From the IMG/VR virus record IMGVR_UViG_3300030372_004155: a DNA stretch of 64,000 nucleotides. One strand, given 5' to 3'. Source of the DNA: an uncultured virus (IMG/VR IMGVR_UViG_3300030372_004155). Lineage: Duplodnaviria > Heunggongvirae > Uroviricota > Caudoviricetes. The first letter of the stretch is position 1; every line of letters begins with the position of its first letter. Made by a program: the position numbers and the translations under genes. Below the pieces are notes generated by a model. It was not told where the DNA came from and ran no database searches. It was given only the letters and a program-made list of their open reading frames with translations. Positions 1 through 8,795 of this stretch are shown here, piece after piece.

Positions 1-1051
1 TAGTTTGAGTGGCAGATACAATCGGAAGGTTCGCCTCAACTGCGAGACCCCGTAATTCTTCTGCGATTGCTTTGATGAACGAATAGGAGTTGACATTACT
101 ACCTGCTTTGTATCTTGAAGATGCACATATGTTTAGATAATCTATGAATATTATATCAGGTCTGAATGATTTTTTCAATGCTAACTCTTGTAGCAATGCT
201 TTAAAATGACCTGAATGTGCAGAAGCAGTAGGATACTCTTTAATGATAAGAGTTCCTTGTGTCTTCTGAGCAAGATTAGTTACCTTAGACTCAAACATTG
301 GTCTAGGTAAATCTGTTATATTCTGTATATTAACATTAAGTAGGTTAGCATCGATCCTCTCCGCAATCTTTTCCTCTGCCATTTCGAGAGTGATGTAGAG
401 GACGTTCTTTCCTTGGAGGAGGACACTGCTAGCCATGTGGCACATAAATAAAGACTTTCCAACCCCTGTGCCAGCAAGAGCAATGTTGAGAGTTTTATTC
501 GGTAAACCTCCTTTCGTAATCTTGTCAAAATACTCCAGGTCAAACGGGATTTTATCTTCTTTCCTGTGATACGATTCATATCTTTCCTCATAATCGTTTA
601 AGTAATCATGACCTATATGATTATCAAAAGATACTGCTAAAGCATCTGAGAGAATGGAAGGAATAGCATCTCTATTCTTCTTCTCATCCTCACCATCAGC
701 AATATGAATAGACTCCATAAGTGCAAGATAGATTGCCCTATCTCTACACCATTTTTCTGTAGAATCAACTAACCATTGATTTTCTACAACAGAATCTGTA
801 AGAGAACTATTAATATCTCTAATATTTTTTATTTCATCTTCTGTAAGGTCACTTCTATTTTCAGTCTCAATATTTAGAGCTTCAATAGTTATAGCAGAAC
901 CATACTTTACAATGAATTGAGTTATCTCTTCAAAGATTACCTTTTCAGATCTTTGCTCAAAGTATTCTGGTTTGATGAAAGGTATAACCTTTCTTGAATA
1001 CTCTTCATTATAAATTAAATTTCTGAGAATAGTAGTCTCAATTCGTTCCAT
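1..1051 (-). CDS. gp41: T4 gp41-like replicative DNA helicase (3' end runs off the window)
   Basis: Translated by hand from ATG at 1051 (MERIETTILRNLIYNEEYSRKVIPF...), with Walker A ALAGTGVGKS and IIFIDYLNI. It is missing from the ORF track, presumably because it has no stop in the window. It follows uvsX as in T4-like phages. Confidence 0.93.
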   Translation of the reverse strand, partial: MERIETTILRNLIYNEEYSRKVIPFIKPEYFEQRSEKVIFEEITQFIVKYGSAITIEALNIETENRSDLTEDEIKNIRDINSSLTDSVVENQWLVDSTEKWCRDRAIYLALMESIHIADGEDEKKNRDAIPSILSDALAVSFDNHIGHDYLNDYEERYESYHRKEDKIPFDLEYFDKITKGGLPNKTLNIALAGTGVGKSLFMCHMASSVLLQGKNVLYITLEMAEEKIAERIDANLLNVNIQNITDLPRPMFESKVTNLAQKTQGTLIIKEYPTASAHSGHFKALLQELALKKSFRPDIIFIDYLNICASSRYKAGSNVNSYSFIKAIAEELRGLAVEANLPIVSATQT

Positions 1052-2045
1052 AAGAGAAGGTTTGCTGTGCTATAGCATCAAGTTGGTTCATTATATCATC
1101 AGTAAAATATTCTGTCGGATTCTTTAATATTTCCTTCGCATATATTTTCTTACCATTCATCTCATATCTTCCCGCAACATTCTTCCACATACCTCCAAGT
1201 TCTCCTAATTCTAGAAGACCATAGTATCTATCAAGTCCTCTTTCATCATAGTAAAGACGTATGTTTACTTCTTTATTTTCTTTTGAGAGTCTTGATTTAT
1301 GCGTCTTAGCTTTAATAATGTTTCCAATAACCTCTTTCTGATCCTTTTCCTTTTTTTTGCTGAGATAAATGATCGTACTTGCGGCATATTTGAGACCAGA
1401 GCCTCCTCCCATTTCTTTAGTAGGGACGTAAGAACCGATAACATCGTAGGTGTGATTTGTAACTATTAGGGGAATGTTTGCTTGACCAAGTTTTAATGTT
1501 AGCATACGAAATGCTCCCTTGACAAGTTGAGATTTGGTCATATCTCTAACCTGCTTATCATCCAATGCATCCCTGATTTCTTTTTCAGTAGATAACATTC
1601 CTAAAGAGTCTAGCACAAACATACAAGGTTTGCGAGTTTCCTCAGAAGTGTTTAAATATATATCAACTGCCTTAAGTGCTTTGGTACGGAATTCCTCAAT
1701 GGTCACCACATTGACAACCACTAAACGATTCATATCAATCCCACGAGACTCAAGTAATCCTTTATTAACAGCAGCCTCAGTATCGAAATAAAGACAGTAA
1801 CCGTCAGGATTATTGTCCAAAAAGTTCTTGACAACTGCGAGGGAGAAGAAAGTTTTACCAGTACTAGATTCACCAGCGATGGCAGTAATTTTATTGCCAG
1901 ATACCCCACCATAAATGGAACCTGACACCACTGCATTAAAGATGTATGATCCTGTGTCAATGTATCTTTCTGTGTCTTGGATGTCTGCTGCGACTTGGGT
2001 GTATTCGTCACCTATCTCCTTTACTATTTCTTTTAAAAAATCCAT
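1038..2045 (-). CDS. uvsX: UvsX RecA-like recombinase
   Basis: Motifs AGESSTGKT, YFDTE, VLDSLGML and MGGGSGLKYAAS. Likely start is MDFLKEIV at 2045, just after the upstream stop. Confidence 0.95.
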   Translation of the reverse strand: MDFLKEIVKEIGDEYTQVAADIQDTERYIDTGSYIFNAVVSGSIYGGVSGNKITAIAGESSTGKTFFSLAVVKNFLDNNPDGYCLYFDTEAAVNKGLLESRGIDMNRLVVVNVVTIEEFRTKALKAVDIYLNTSEETRKPCMFVLDSLGMLSTEKEIRDALDDKQVRDMTKSQLVKGAFRMLTLKLGQANIPLIVTNHTYDVIGSYVPTKEMGGGSGLKYAASTIIYLSKKKEKDQKEVIGNIIKAKTHKSRLSKENKEVNIRLYYDERGLDRYYGLLELGELGGMWKNVAGRYEMNGKKIYAKEILKNPTEYFTDDIMNQLDAIAQQTFSYGTN

Positions 2046-2046
2046 T

Positions 2047-2505
2047 TCAAATTCCCAATAATTTACGTTGTCTGTCAAAATACTCTTTAAGAATCCATGA
2101 ACTGCTGTTCATTTTATCCGTTCCACCTATACCCCATTCAAAGATAACTCTAGGATTATCCTTGAATCTATCCAGTTCAGGAGTATTACCTTTTCCACGA
2201 TCTCCACCATTACAAAAAATAACCTCTTCTGAAATATCAAGACACTTATCAATGGCACCACATGCAGAATCATCAGCATCATCCCATGATACCACAGCAT
2301 CCACCATATCCAAATGTCTAATAATTTCAGCTCTTTCTTTCCATGACTGGAAATATTGACCTTTCTTACGAGTCAACCACTCTTCAGTATTTAAACCAAC
2401 TACTAAGTAATCAGAATAATCTTTTGCTCGCTTAAAGTATGATATATGACCACTGTGGATTGGATCAAATCCACCAGTAACAAGACTCACTTTTCCAAAA
2501 AACAT
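2047..2505 (-). CDS. Cytidylyltransferase-family (TagD/RfaE-like) nucleotidyltransferase
   Basis: GGFDPIHSGH (HIGH-type motif), LVVGLN, ER..II and NGGDR. Confidence 0.85.
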   Translation of the reverse strand: MFFGKVSLVTGGFDPIHSGHISYFKRAKDYSDYLVVGLNTEEWLTRKKGQYFQSWKERAEIIRHLDMVDAVVSWDDADDSACGAIDKCLDISEEVIFCNGGDRGKGNTPELDRFKDNPRVIFEWGIGGTDKMNSSSWILKEYFDRQRKLLGI

Positions 2506-2681
2506 TAGATGTCACACTCCCCATGATTTGGCCTGTATTCTCCTGTTATAACATTCCCATTCATTTCATACTCTTCTTTAACTATACGATCTCTTAATAG
2601 ATGATACAGTCTAGTATCACCTCCTAACGCAAGAGCATTTACAATTGTTTTCAAATCTTTTTGATTGATAGGTAATTCCAT
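2505..2681 (-). CDS. Small hypothetical protein (58 aa, MELPINQKDL...)
   Basis: The ATG overlaps the gp43 stop, and its own stop overlaps the next start. Confidence 0.65.
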   Translation of the reverse strand: MELPINQKDLKTIVNALALGGDTRLYHLLRDRIVKEEYEMNGNVITGEYRPNHGECDI

Positions 2682-5176
2682 TAGGAAAAGAATAGTTCTA
2701 AGTTTACAGTTTTCTCGACATTCCAACCTATGGCATCAAGAATAGCTTTAAGGGGTTCCACAAAACTTTTCTCAAATTGTAGGTCATAGTCAATGTATTT
2801 GTCAAGACCAAGTTCATGAGGAAAATCCTGAATAAAGGATAATATATTCTCTTGTATAATATTCGGTTTCTTTAAGTAGAGGAACTTGACTTTCTCTCCA
2901 TTACCGATAAGTGAATATTTATTAGTCAACTTTTTCTGTTTAACATAGTGGTTGAATAATAATGCACCACGTATATGTATAGGAGTTCCCTTTGCATAGA
3001 TTGTAGAGGATGCAGAATACTTACGAACATCAGATGCAGTTCTGGGGAATGCTATATCTTCTGGTGGAAGTGTCTTGAATTCCTTACGACAATTATCAAT
3101 AAAATCAATTACATCATCCTCAGTAGCATTCATCATAAGTTTAAGAGCATCCTTAATCATACTACGACAAGGTGCAGGTGTAGAGGATTTAACTGCCTCA
3201 ATACCCATCATCTTGAGTTTGGGTTCTTCATAACGAACACCCTCACTATCCCATACATTTAAGATGTATCTTTTCTTGGCAGTCCATATACCACGGTCAG
3301 CAATGTTCTCCCTCTTCATGACCATCTTATTATCATAAGCACTTACGTAGGATGCCAATTCTTTGTAAGAACCCTCAATAAAAGGCTCAAATTCCATTTC
3401 ACAGATCTTATTAAGGAACGTGACAACGCCCTCATTAGTTTTCTCTCTTCCCTTGTATACAGCCTCGACCAGAGGACCCAAGTTAAGATAAATGGAATCG
3501 GTATCAGAAGCAATAACATAATCATCTCCTTCAGTTTTTAAAATTTTGTTGATGTGGGCGTTCATCTTATTCTCTATCCAACGAATAGATACTTGACCAG
3601 AAAGGGTAATGGCTTCGGCATTAGCAAGTTTATAGTACCTGAAGTACTGATTACCGATAGCACCATAAGCAGAGTTAAGTTGAATCTTCCTTGCCATCTG
3701 GATGTTGTTACATCTAGCAATCTCCTTCTCAAGGGTCTTTGTCTTTGTCTTTTCATACTGTTGCTTTGCAACAAGCATCTTCTTCTTGTAGATAGTGCGG
3801 TCTTTGTAAATCTTCTCCATGAGTTCAGGCAAGAACCCACGCACATCCTTCCTATATTGTGCTCCATTCGCACAAACTGCATAATCTCCATCAATCTTAA
3901 TCTCCTGATTTAAGAGCCCTTCAACGCTCGCACTGGGATGCTTAGTTTCCCTGATGGTTTCTGGGGAAATATTGTACTGCATAATAAGATGAGGATAAAG
4001 GCTGTTAAGGTCAAAACTGACCACCCAATCATACTTTCCTGGAATCGGTTCCTTGACATAAGCACCTGCGTATTTTGCGTCCTTGTCGGATCTTTCTTTT
4101 GGAGGAATAACAATGTTCTTTTTCTTTAGATAGTTATAAATGATGGTGTCCCACATACGAACCTGAGAGAAAACATCAGCATAATTTGCCTTTGCATCAT
4201 ATGCCATAACAATGGCAAGCTCAATCAGTTTCATTTTGTCTTCCATACGGTCAACAAGTTCCACGTCAATTATATTATACTCTACAAACTTTTGCCAACC
4301 CTTTGTGTAGAAATCTTTAAATGTATCAAACTCAGAGTGATCTAATTTCTTCTGCCCAAGTTCTACACTAGCAATATAATCCAAACGATATGATTCCTGT
4401 GCCTTATAAGTAAACTTCTTATAAAGATTGAGATAATCTAACTGAGTCACCCCACCAATATCATAAGCAATATTCTTACGACCCATAATATGAATCTCTC
4501 TTTCGGTCACCAATCCCCATGGTGACATACGACGCATAAGTTTCTCACCAAGAATTCTATCTAACCTACGACAAAGATATGGAATATCATACAGTTCACT
4601 ATTCCATCCAGTAATAACTTCTGGAGTATTATCCTCAATCATCCACCAGTTAATAAAAGAAGTTAGAAGTTCATACTCGGTTCTAAACCCCTTGTAGATA
4701 ACATTCTCCTGCTTATTATTAAACGGCCCTAATCCCCATGTGCGAATCTGTTTTGTATTATAATCCTGTAGAGTGATAAGAAGTATCTCTTCTGCAGCAG
4801 ATTCTACATCAGGGAATCCATTCTCAGATGCAACCTCAATATCAATGGTGGTTATATTAATCTTACTAGTATCAAACTTTATCTCTTCCTCTGGATACTT
4901 CTCCGAAATATACTGATATATAAATCTCTCATTACCAAAAACCTTAAACCCCTCTACACCATCATACCTCTTTATAAAGTCCCTACTCTCACGAACAGTA
5001 CCAGGTTCCACAGCCTCAACATACTCACCCTCCAAAGTTTTATACTTCGTCTTCTTTTTAGAAGAGACAAAAAGGGTTGGATAAAACTTCTCTCTGGTGG
5101 CAAAATGTCTTCCATTTTCATAACCACGAACCAAGAAGTTGTCTCCAACCATCTGGACATTAGTATAGAATCTCAT
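2681..5176 (-). CDS. gp43: Family B DNA polymerase (T4 gp43-like)
   Basis: Exonuclease motif DIEV; polymerase motifs SFDLNSLYPH, KIQLNSAYG and ASDTDS; C-terminal clamp-binding tail LELFF. No intein or intron seen. Confidence 0.98.
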   Translation of the reverse strand: MRFYTNVQMVGDNFLVRGYENGRHFATREKFYPTLFVSSKKKTKYKTLEGEYVEAVEPGTVRESRDFIKRYDGVEGFKVFGNERFIYQYISEKYPEEEIKFDTSKINITTIDIEVASENGFPDVESAAEEILLITLQDYNTKQIRTWGLGPFNNKQENVIYKGFRTEYELLTSFINWWMIEDNTPEVITGWNSELYDIPYLCRRLDRILGEKLMRRMSPWGLVTEREIHIMGRKNIAYDIGGVTQLDYLNLYKKFTYKAQESYRLDYIASVELGQKKLDHSEFDTFKDFYTKGWQKFVEYNIIDVELVDRMEDKMKLIELAIVMAYDAKANYADVFSQVRMWDTIIYNYLKKKNIVIPPKERSDKDAKYAGAYVKEPIPGKYDWVVSFDLNSLYPHLIMQYNISPETIRETKHPSASVEGLLNQEIKIDGDYAVCANGAQYRKDVRGFLPELMEKIYKDRTIYKKKMLVAKQQYEKTKTKTLEKEIARCNNIQMARKIQLNSAYGAIGNQYFRYYKLANAEAITLSGQVSIRWIENKMNAHINKILKTEGDDYVIASDTDSIYLNLGPLVEAVYKGREKTNEGVVTFLNKICEMEFEPFIEGSYKELASYVSAYDNKMVMKRENIADRGIWTAKKRYILNVWDSEGVRYEEPKLKMMGIEAVKSSTPAPCRSMIKDALKLMMNATEDDVIDFIDNCRKEFKTLPPEDIAFPRTASDVRKYSASSTIYAKGTPIHIRGALLFNHYVKQKKLTNKYSLIGNGEKVKFLYLKKPNIIQENILSFIQDFPHELGLDKYIDYDLQFEKSFVEPLKAILDAIGWNVEKTVNLELFFS

Positions 5177-5466
5177 TTCTTTTTAACAAGAGCTTCGTAT
5201 TTTTCAAGAATTTGAGGTGCAACTTCTGCAAGTGTAATTATCTTATCAGAACTTATCATAAAAGTATTGTCATGTGTAAATGAACTTAACCATTTAGTAA
5301 GAGTAACTTTACCTTCTTGAATTGTAAGTTTATCATCAGTAGTATGTAGAATTACTGGATGAATCAATTTACAATCAGGTTCTCCCAATTCAGTTGAGAC
5401 TTCTTCAATCTCACTCAACAAGATCTCCTTGCTTGTCAACACTATCAGTTTGACTATTTTGGCCAT
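5173..5466 (-). CDS. Hypothetical cyanophage protein, possible Sm-like fold
   Basis: Pattern KLIVL.S.E..L.EI...L..P....W......F.I..DKIIT...P is shared with 5411..5758 and 22216..22641. Confidence 0.7.
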   Translation of the reverse strand: MAKIVKLIVLTSKEILLSEIEEVSTELGEPDCKLIHPVILHTTDDKLTIQEGKVTLTKWLSSFTHDNTFMISSDKIITLAEVAPQILEKYEALVKKK

Positions 5467-5758
5467 TTGCCTTTTCCTCATACAGTTTTTTAATTGTCTC
5501 TACTGGTTCCACAATTGTGACTATCCAATCAGATCGGACAGGTACCTTTTCATCAGATGTTAGAACAATCCATGGACTAAGAGAAACCTCCACATCACCA
5601 GAAAGTTCATTTTCTTCAGATAAAAGAAAAGGAGTCCTTGTACCTAAAACATGTGGATTGGTAAAAAGATACCCACATGTCTTATCGTCTGATATCAATT
5701 CTTTAATATCAGCAATTATATTCTCACCAGATTTTAAAAGTGCAAGTTTAATTGACAT
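5411..5758 (-). CDS. Hypothetical cyanophage protein, possible Sm-like fold
   Basis: MSIKLALLKSGENIIADI...NP...LSPW...DWIVTIVEP; preceded by a consensus sigma70 promoter. Confidence 0.75.
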   Translation of the reverse strand: MSIKLALLKSGENIIADIKELISDDKTCGYLFTNPHVLGTRTPFLLSEENELSGDVEVSLSPWIVLTSDEKVPVRSDWIVTIVEPVETIKKLYEEKANGQNSQTDSVDKQGDLVE

Positions 5759-5778
5759 TTTTTTATTCGTTCCCCATT

Positions 5779-5807
5779 ATTATACCAATAAAAAAGGGTT
5801 CCGTCAA
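5779..5807 (-). promoter_or_regulatory. Sigma70-type promoter TTGACG-N17-TATAAT with extended TGn
   Basis: Minus strand reads TTGACG gaacccttttttattgg TATAAT, ending 20 nt before the ATG at 5758. Confidence 0.8.
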
Positions 5808-5814
5808 GGAACCC
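5790..5814 (-). terminator. Intrinsic terminator downstream of hsp20
   Basis: GGGTTCC-ttgac-GGAACCC followed by TTTTTT on the minus strand. Confidence 0.75.
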
Positions 5815-5840
5815 ATTTGATCCATCTCGAACCATTTTAT

Positions 5841-6275
5841 TTATAGATACTCTTTCCGAGCATGATGCTCTGGAACTATCTTCTTTAACTCCACGGTGAG
5901 GAGTCCGTCTTCAAACTTGACGGATCCAATCTCCGTATCGTCGGAGACCGTCCACACTCGTTCAAAACTTCGTTGGGCCAATCCTTTATGGACAAACGAT
6001 CCATTAACTTCCGATTCTTCTTTTGTGCCTTGTACATGTAGTTTTCCAAACTCCGTATAGACTTTGAGCTCATCTTTCTTGAACCCCGCAAGGGCGATTT
6101 CCAATGTTGACTCATGATTGTTTAATTGTATTAAATTATATGGTGGATAATTTGATGTTTGGGATGGTTCATTAAAGAACCTGTCTAGGTAATCATCCAT
6201 ACCTATACCATTTTGTCTGATAACCTTCATTAATTCTGGAAGGTTAGCTGAGTGATAGCGTTGTAGTGCGTTCAT
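5841..6275 (-). CDS. hsp20: Small heat-shock protein (Hsp20/IbpA family)
   Basis: NYPPYNL, LEIALAGF, HKGLAQRSF and FEDGLLTV; Shine-Dalgarno AAGGAG. Confidence 0.95.
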   Translation of the reverse strand: MNALQRYHSANLPELMKVIRQNGIGMDDYLDRFFNEPSQTSNYPPYNLIQLNNHESTLEIALAGFKKDELKVYTEFGKLHVQGTKEESEVNGSFVHKGLAQRSFERVWTVSDDTEIGSVKFEDGLLTVELKKIVPEHHARKEYL

Positions 6276-6333
6276 AATTCTCCTTAAATAAGCGAGTGTT
6301 AATTGTTGTCCCTTACGGCGACACTACTATTTA
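6276..6333 (-). promoter_or_regulatory. hsp20 leader: late-promoter core TAAATA plus two hairpins, the second sequestering the SD (ROSE-like)
   Basis: Hairpin 1 is TGTC-G-CC-GTAA-GG-GACA (6307-6323). Hairpin 2 is CTC-G-CTT-ATTT-AAG-GAG (6280-6296). TAAATA lies at 6328-6333. Confidence 0.6.
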
Positions 6334-6343
6334 ATCACATATC

Positions 6344-7060
6344 TTATTTTGGAGCATCGGTTAACTCTATAAGTTTGGTGCGGGTATCCTTCCAATCTTT
6401 AACATGGTAGGAATAACCGCCCCTTTTCTTTACTGCTTCCCCTAAAGAATAATCATTACCACCTTCCTCCATTCTATCACCAAAGAAATATAATTCATCC
6501 TTTTCATCAAAGTCTCTTAATATTTGACTTTTATCACTACCTAATGGGCCCAGATCAAGACCTGTTTGGCCTCCTAATGCTACTGATAAATCTGGAAATG
6601 TATTTCTAAGTCTATCTGCAATATCTTGTCTTTCTAATTTTTCGTTATCCCATTTAACATACTCTGCTCTGCCAACAGAAGGATCCTTACCTCTACCTAA
6701 AATACTAAAATTAACTCCACCATGTCTTCTCTCAATATGATTTCCATTACGAATAGAAAAACAACTATATGCTAGTTCATCCTCCAAAAATTTTTCTACC
6801 TTCTTTGGGAGTTCCCAATCATCCCTATAAACATTTACATTCTTTTCATAAGCATCACTACCAGAACAATTATAAACTCGTTTAGCAGTATAACATATAT
6901 CCAATCCTACCTGCTCAACTGTCTTTTGCCTGTCACTACCAGTAACAAGATAAACATCATGCTGACGACAGAATATAAGAAAAGGAGCCCAAAATTCATG
7001 TTTAATTTTTTTTCTACTGGGAGTTATGGTCCCATCAATATCAAATAAATATTTTTTCAT
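6344..7060 (-). CDS. HAD-superfamily (IIB) phosphomannomutase-like protein
   Basis: FDIDGTIT, VTGSD, NFSILGR, GGQTGLD, DKSQIL and FFGDRMEEGGNDY resemble eukaryote-type PMM. Confidence 0.8.
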   Translation of the reverse strand: MKKYLFDIDGTITPSRKKIKHEFWAPFLIFCRQHDVYLVTGSDRQKTVEQVGLDICYTAKRVYNCSGSDAYEKNVNVYRDDWELPKKVEKFLEDELAYSCFSIRNGNHIERRHGGVNFSILGRGKDPSVGRAEYVKWDNEKLERQDIADRLRNTFPDLSVALGGQTGLDLGPLGSDKSQILRDFDEKDELYFFGDRMEEGGNDYSLGEAVKKRGGYSYHVKDWKDTRTKLIELTDAPK

Positions 7061-7380
7061 TAGTCAAATAAAGCATGTTTTGAGGTGCCAGCATTATCAT
7101 TGGATATGTTTCCTATACCAGTTTCTTCTGTTTCTTCTAGTTTATATTCCCAATCTTCTATCACAGTATTAGCAAGCATCCTATCAGACAGAAGATCCAT
7201 CTGCTCTCTTGCTATCTCTTCAGTCTCTGCATCAAACCAGAAGTCTATTGCCTTACCAATCCTCAATAAATGAGGAGTAAGTTTAGGGGCAATTCTATTG
7301 ACGTTATTCATCACTGCATTACCAGCAGCATCTGATACAGATCCTCTTAATCTAACAAAAACTAATGCTTTGAATCTCAT
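7060..7380 (-). CDS. purS: PurS subunit of FGAM synthase
   Basis: V.V.LR.SVSDAAGNAV, LRIGKAI and MLANTVIEDW match PurS; there is an extra C-terminal tail of about 25 aa. Confidence 0.85.
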   Translation of the reverse strand: MRFKALVFVRLRGSVSDAAGNAVMNNVNRIAPKLTPHLLRIGKAIDFWFDAETEEIAREQMDLLSDRMLANTVIEDWEYKLEETEETGIGNISNDNAGTSKHALFD

Positions 7381-7529
7381 TTGACTACCTGAACTTTTAC
7401 AGGTTGATTATTTAAGTAATCAGCAATTCTATGATAGGCAACTGCTGTTAATACTTGTGGTGCTATAAAAGCAATCATTGCCACAATCCAAAACATATAA
7501 TAATAATTTTCTTTATTTTGGGTTCTCAT
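7377..7529 (-). CDS. Small membrane protein (50 aa, MRTQNKENYYYMFWIVAMIAFIAPQVLTAVAY...)
   Basis: Translated by hand. It has one hydrophobic segment and an ATGA overlap with the purS start. Confidence 0.65.
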   Translation of the reverse strand: MRTQNKENYYYMFWIVAMIAFIAPQVLTAVAYHRIADYLNNQPVKVQVVK

Positions 7530-7596
7530 GATTTTTCCAAGGTTCATTGTGAGATAAGTTTAACCATTTTTTTAATAGTTTGCAAATTCTATTCAT
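7513..7596 (-). CDS. Very small hypothetical peptide (27 aa, MNRICKLLKKWLNLSHNEPWKNHENPK)
   Basis: Translated by hand. It fills the gap and begins just after TGGTATAAT, so it may be leaderless. Confidence 0.35.
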   Translation of the reverse strand: MNRICKLLKKWLNLSHNEPWKNHENPK

Positions 7597-7625
7597 TCAA
7601 TTATACCATAATATACAACAATAAA

Positions 7626-7850
7626 TCAATAATCAAATTCGTCAAGAATATCTAATGCGTTATTAAGTGCTCTTTGTGCTGCCCACCTTTCCTTATCATC
7701 CCATTCAGGATACCACACTTTATCATCAATCCCCTTCTTTATATTAAGAAGGCGAGATTCCATATCTATTTTTTTAAGTCGTCCGTTCATGTAGGTCTTG
7801 TACCTGGAATCAGGCCAAGGACAACTAGCATACTTTCTAGGAAATAACAC
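7626..7850 (-). CDS. Hypothetical protein
   Basis: ORF coupled to the regA stop. Confidence 0.65.
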   Translation of the reverse strand: MLFPRKYASCPWPDSRYKTYMNGRLKKIDMESRLLNIKKGIDDKVWYPEWDDKERWAAQRALNNALDILDEFDY

Positions 7851-8287
7851 TAAGTTTCTTCAACCTTTTTTTTCTTACTACCTATATTATACTTTGTCTC
7901 AAGTATCCAGTCACCTTTATCACGATACGATAACACTTTGATCTGATTTAAGGGTGCAATATCTTGTATTTTAGTTGCATCTACAACCCCAACCAATCCC
8001 CAATCGGCAAGAAGTTGAGCAATACGATTCCTCCGTTGAACATCATTAGTAGTAAGGTTAGCATGTTTCCCATCAAGGGCAAACAGTTCCTTAAAATGAA
8101 CAAGAAAATATCTTCCCTGCTTATGGAGTATATGACATGATTGATATATCTTCTTTTCTTTTCTTGATGCTACACCAATTCTTGTTAAGGTTTCTCTAAC
8201 CTTTAAAAAATCATCTGGTTCATTAAGGGTTACCTCTACCATTTGGTCGGGTGCCCACTTAACTTCAGGCTCTTGAACCACACTCAT
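7850..8287 (-). CDS. regA: RegA translational repressor
   Basis: DDFLKVRETLTRIGVASRKEKKIYQSCHILHKQGRYF.VHFKELFALDG. Confidence 0.97.
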   Translation of the reverse strand: MSVVQEPEVKWAPDQMVEVTLNEPDDFLKVRETLTRIGVASRKEKKIYQSCHILHKQGRYFLVHFKELFALDGKHANLTTNDVQRRNRIAQLLADWGLVGVVDATKIQDIAPLNQIKVLSYRDKGDWILETKYNIGSKKKKVEET

Positions 8288-8667
8288 TGTCTTCCTCCAG
8301 TTTCAAATTTAGATCTTATAAAATTAAGTTGTTCGTTTGTTAGGATTCGCAGAGCTTGTTTTGCCTTTTCGTTACTATATCCATAATAACGTTTTACCAA
8401 TTCAAGGTCTTTGATTTTATCTTTACGTAACCAAGGAGAGAATCTCTTCTTAGGTCTGAGTGTATTTAGAAAAAAATCATATTGCATTTTCTTTGGTAAA
8501 AAATGATACTGGTTCATCTCATTTGCAAACATAATAGAATCCAAATGGCCAGAATAAATACGATTTACAATATAGGGTGCATAATCTTTTTCTAATGAAG
8601 GATCTTCATCTATTAGATTTTTCTTTGTCTGGTTTATAGAGTTTAACCAGTCTTTCAATTCAGTCAT
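8284..8667 (-). CDS. gp62: Clamp loader small subunit (gp62)
   Basis: LKDWLNSIN, YAPYIVNR, ANEMN and KRYYGYSNEKA; immediately upstream of regA. Confidence 0.92.
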   Translation of the reverse strand: MTELKDWLNSINQTKKNLIDEDPSLEKDYAPYIVNRIYSGHLDSIMFANEMNQYHFLPKKMQYDFFLNTLRPKKRFSPWLRKDKIKDLELVKRYYGYSNEKAKQALRILTNEQLNFIRSKFETGGRQ

Positions 8668-8795
8668 TTAGGTAATTTGCGATTAAAGTTCCAGTAATCA
8701 AATTTTTGCCACATATAATATACACCAATTAAAGTTCTCTTGACAAACTCTTCAAGGAATATAATAGAAATAACAATCAATTTAAATATTGACAT
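8664..8795 (-). CDS. Small hypothetical protein (43 aa, MSIFKLIVISIIFLEEFVKRTLIGVYYMWQKFDYWNFNRKLPK)
   Basis: Translated by hand; ATGA overlap with gp62. Confidence 0.55.
   Translation of the reverse strand: MSIFKLIVISIIFLEEFVKRTLIGVYYMWQKFDYWNFNRKLPK

Noticed and set aside
316..591. 91-aa minus-strand ORF in the track
   Set aside because: It is an alternative-frame shadow inside gp41, whose own frame carries the helicase motifs.
1345..1360. T9 homopolymer as a frameshift or phase-variation site in uvsX
   Set aside because: It encodes the Lys run SKKKEK in frame, and the ORF is intact.
2681..5176. Possible intein or intron in gp43 (also considered for gp17, gp41 and gp46)
   Set aside because: The frames are continuous and of normal length, and I saw no splicing or homing-endonuclease motifs.
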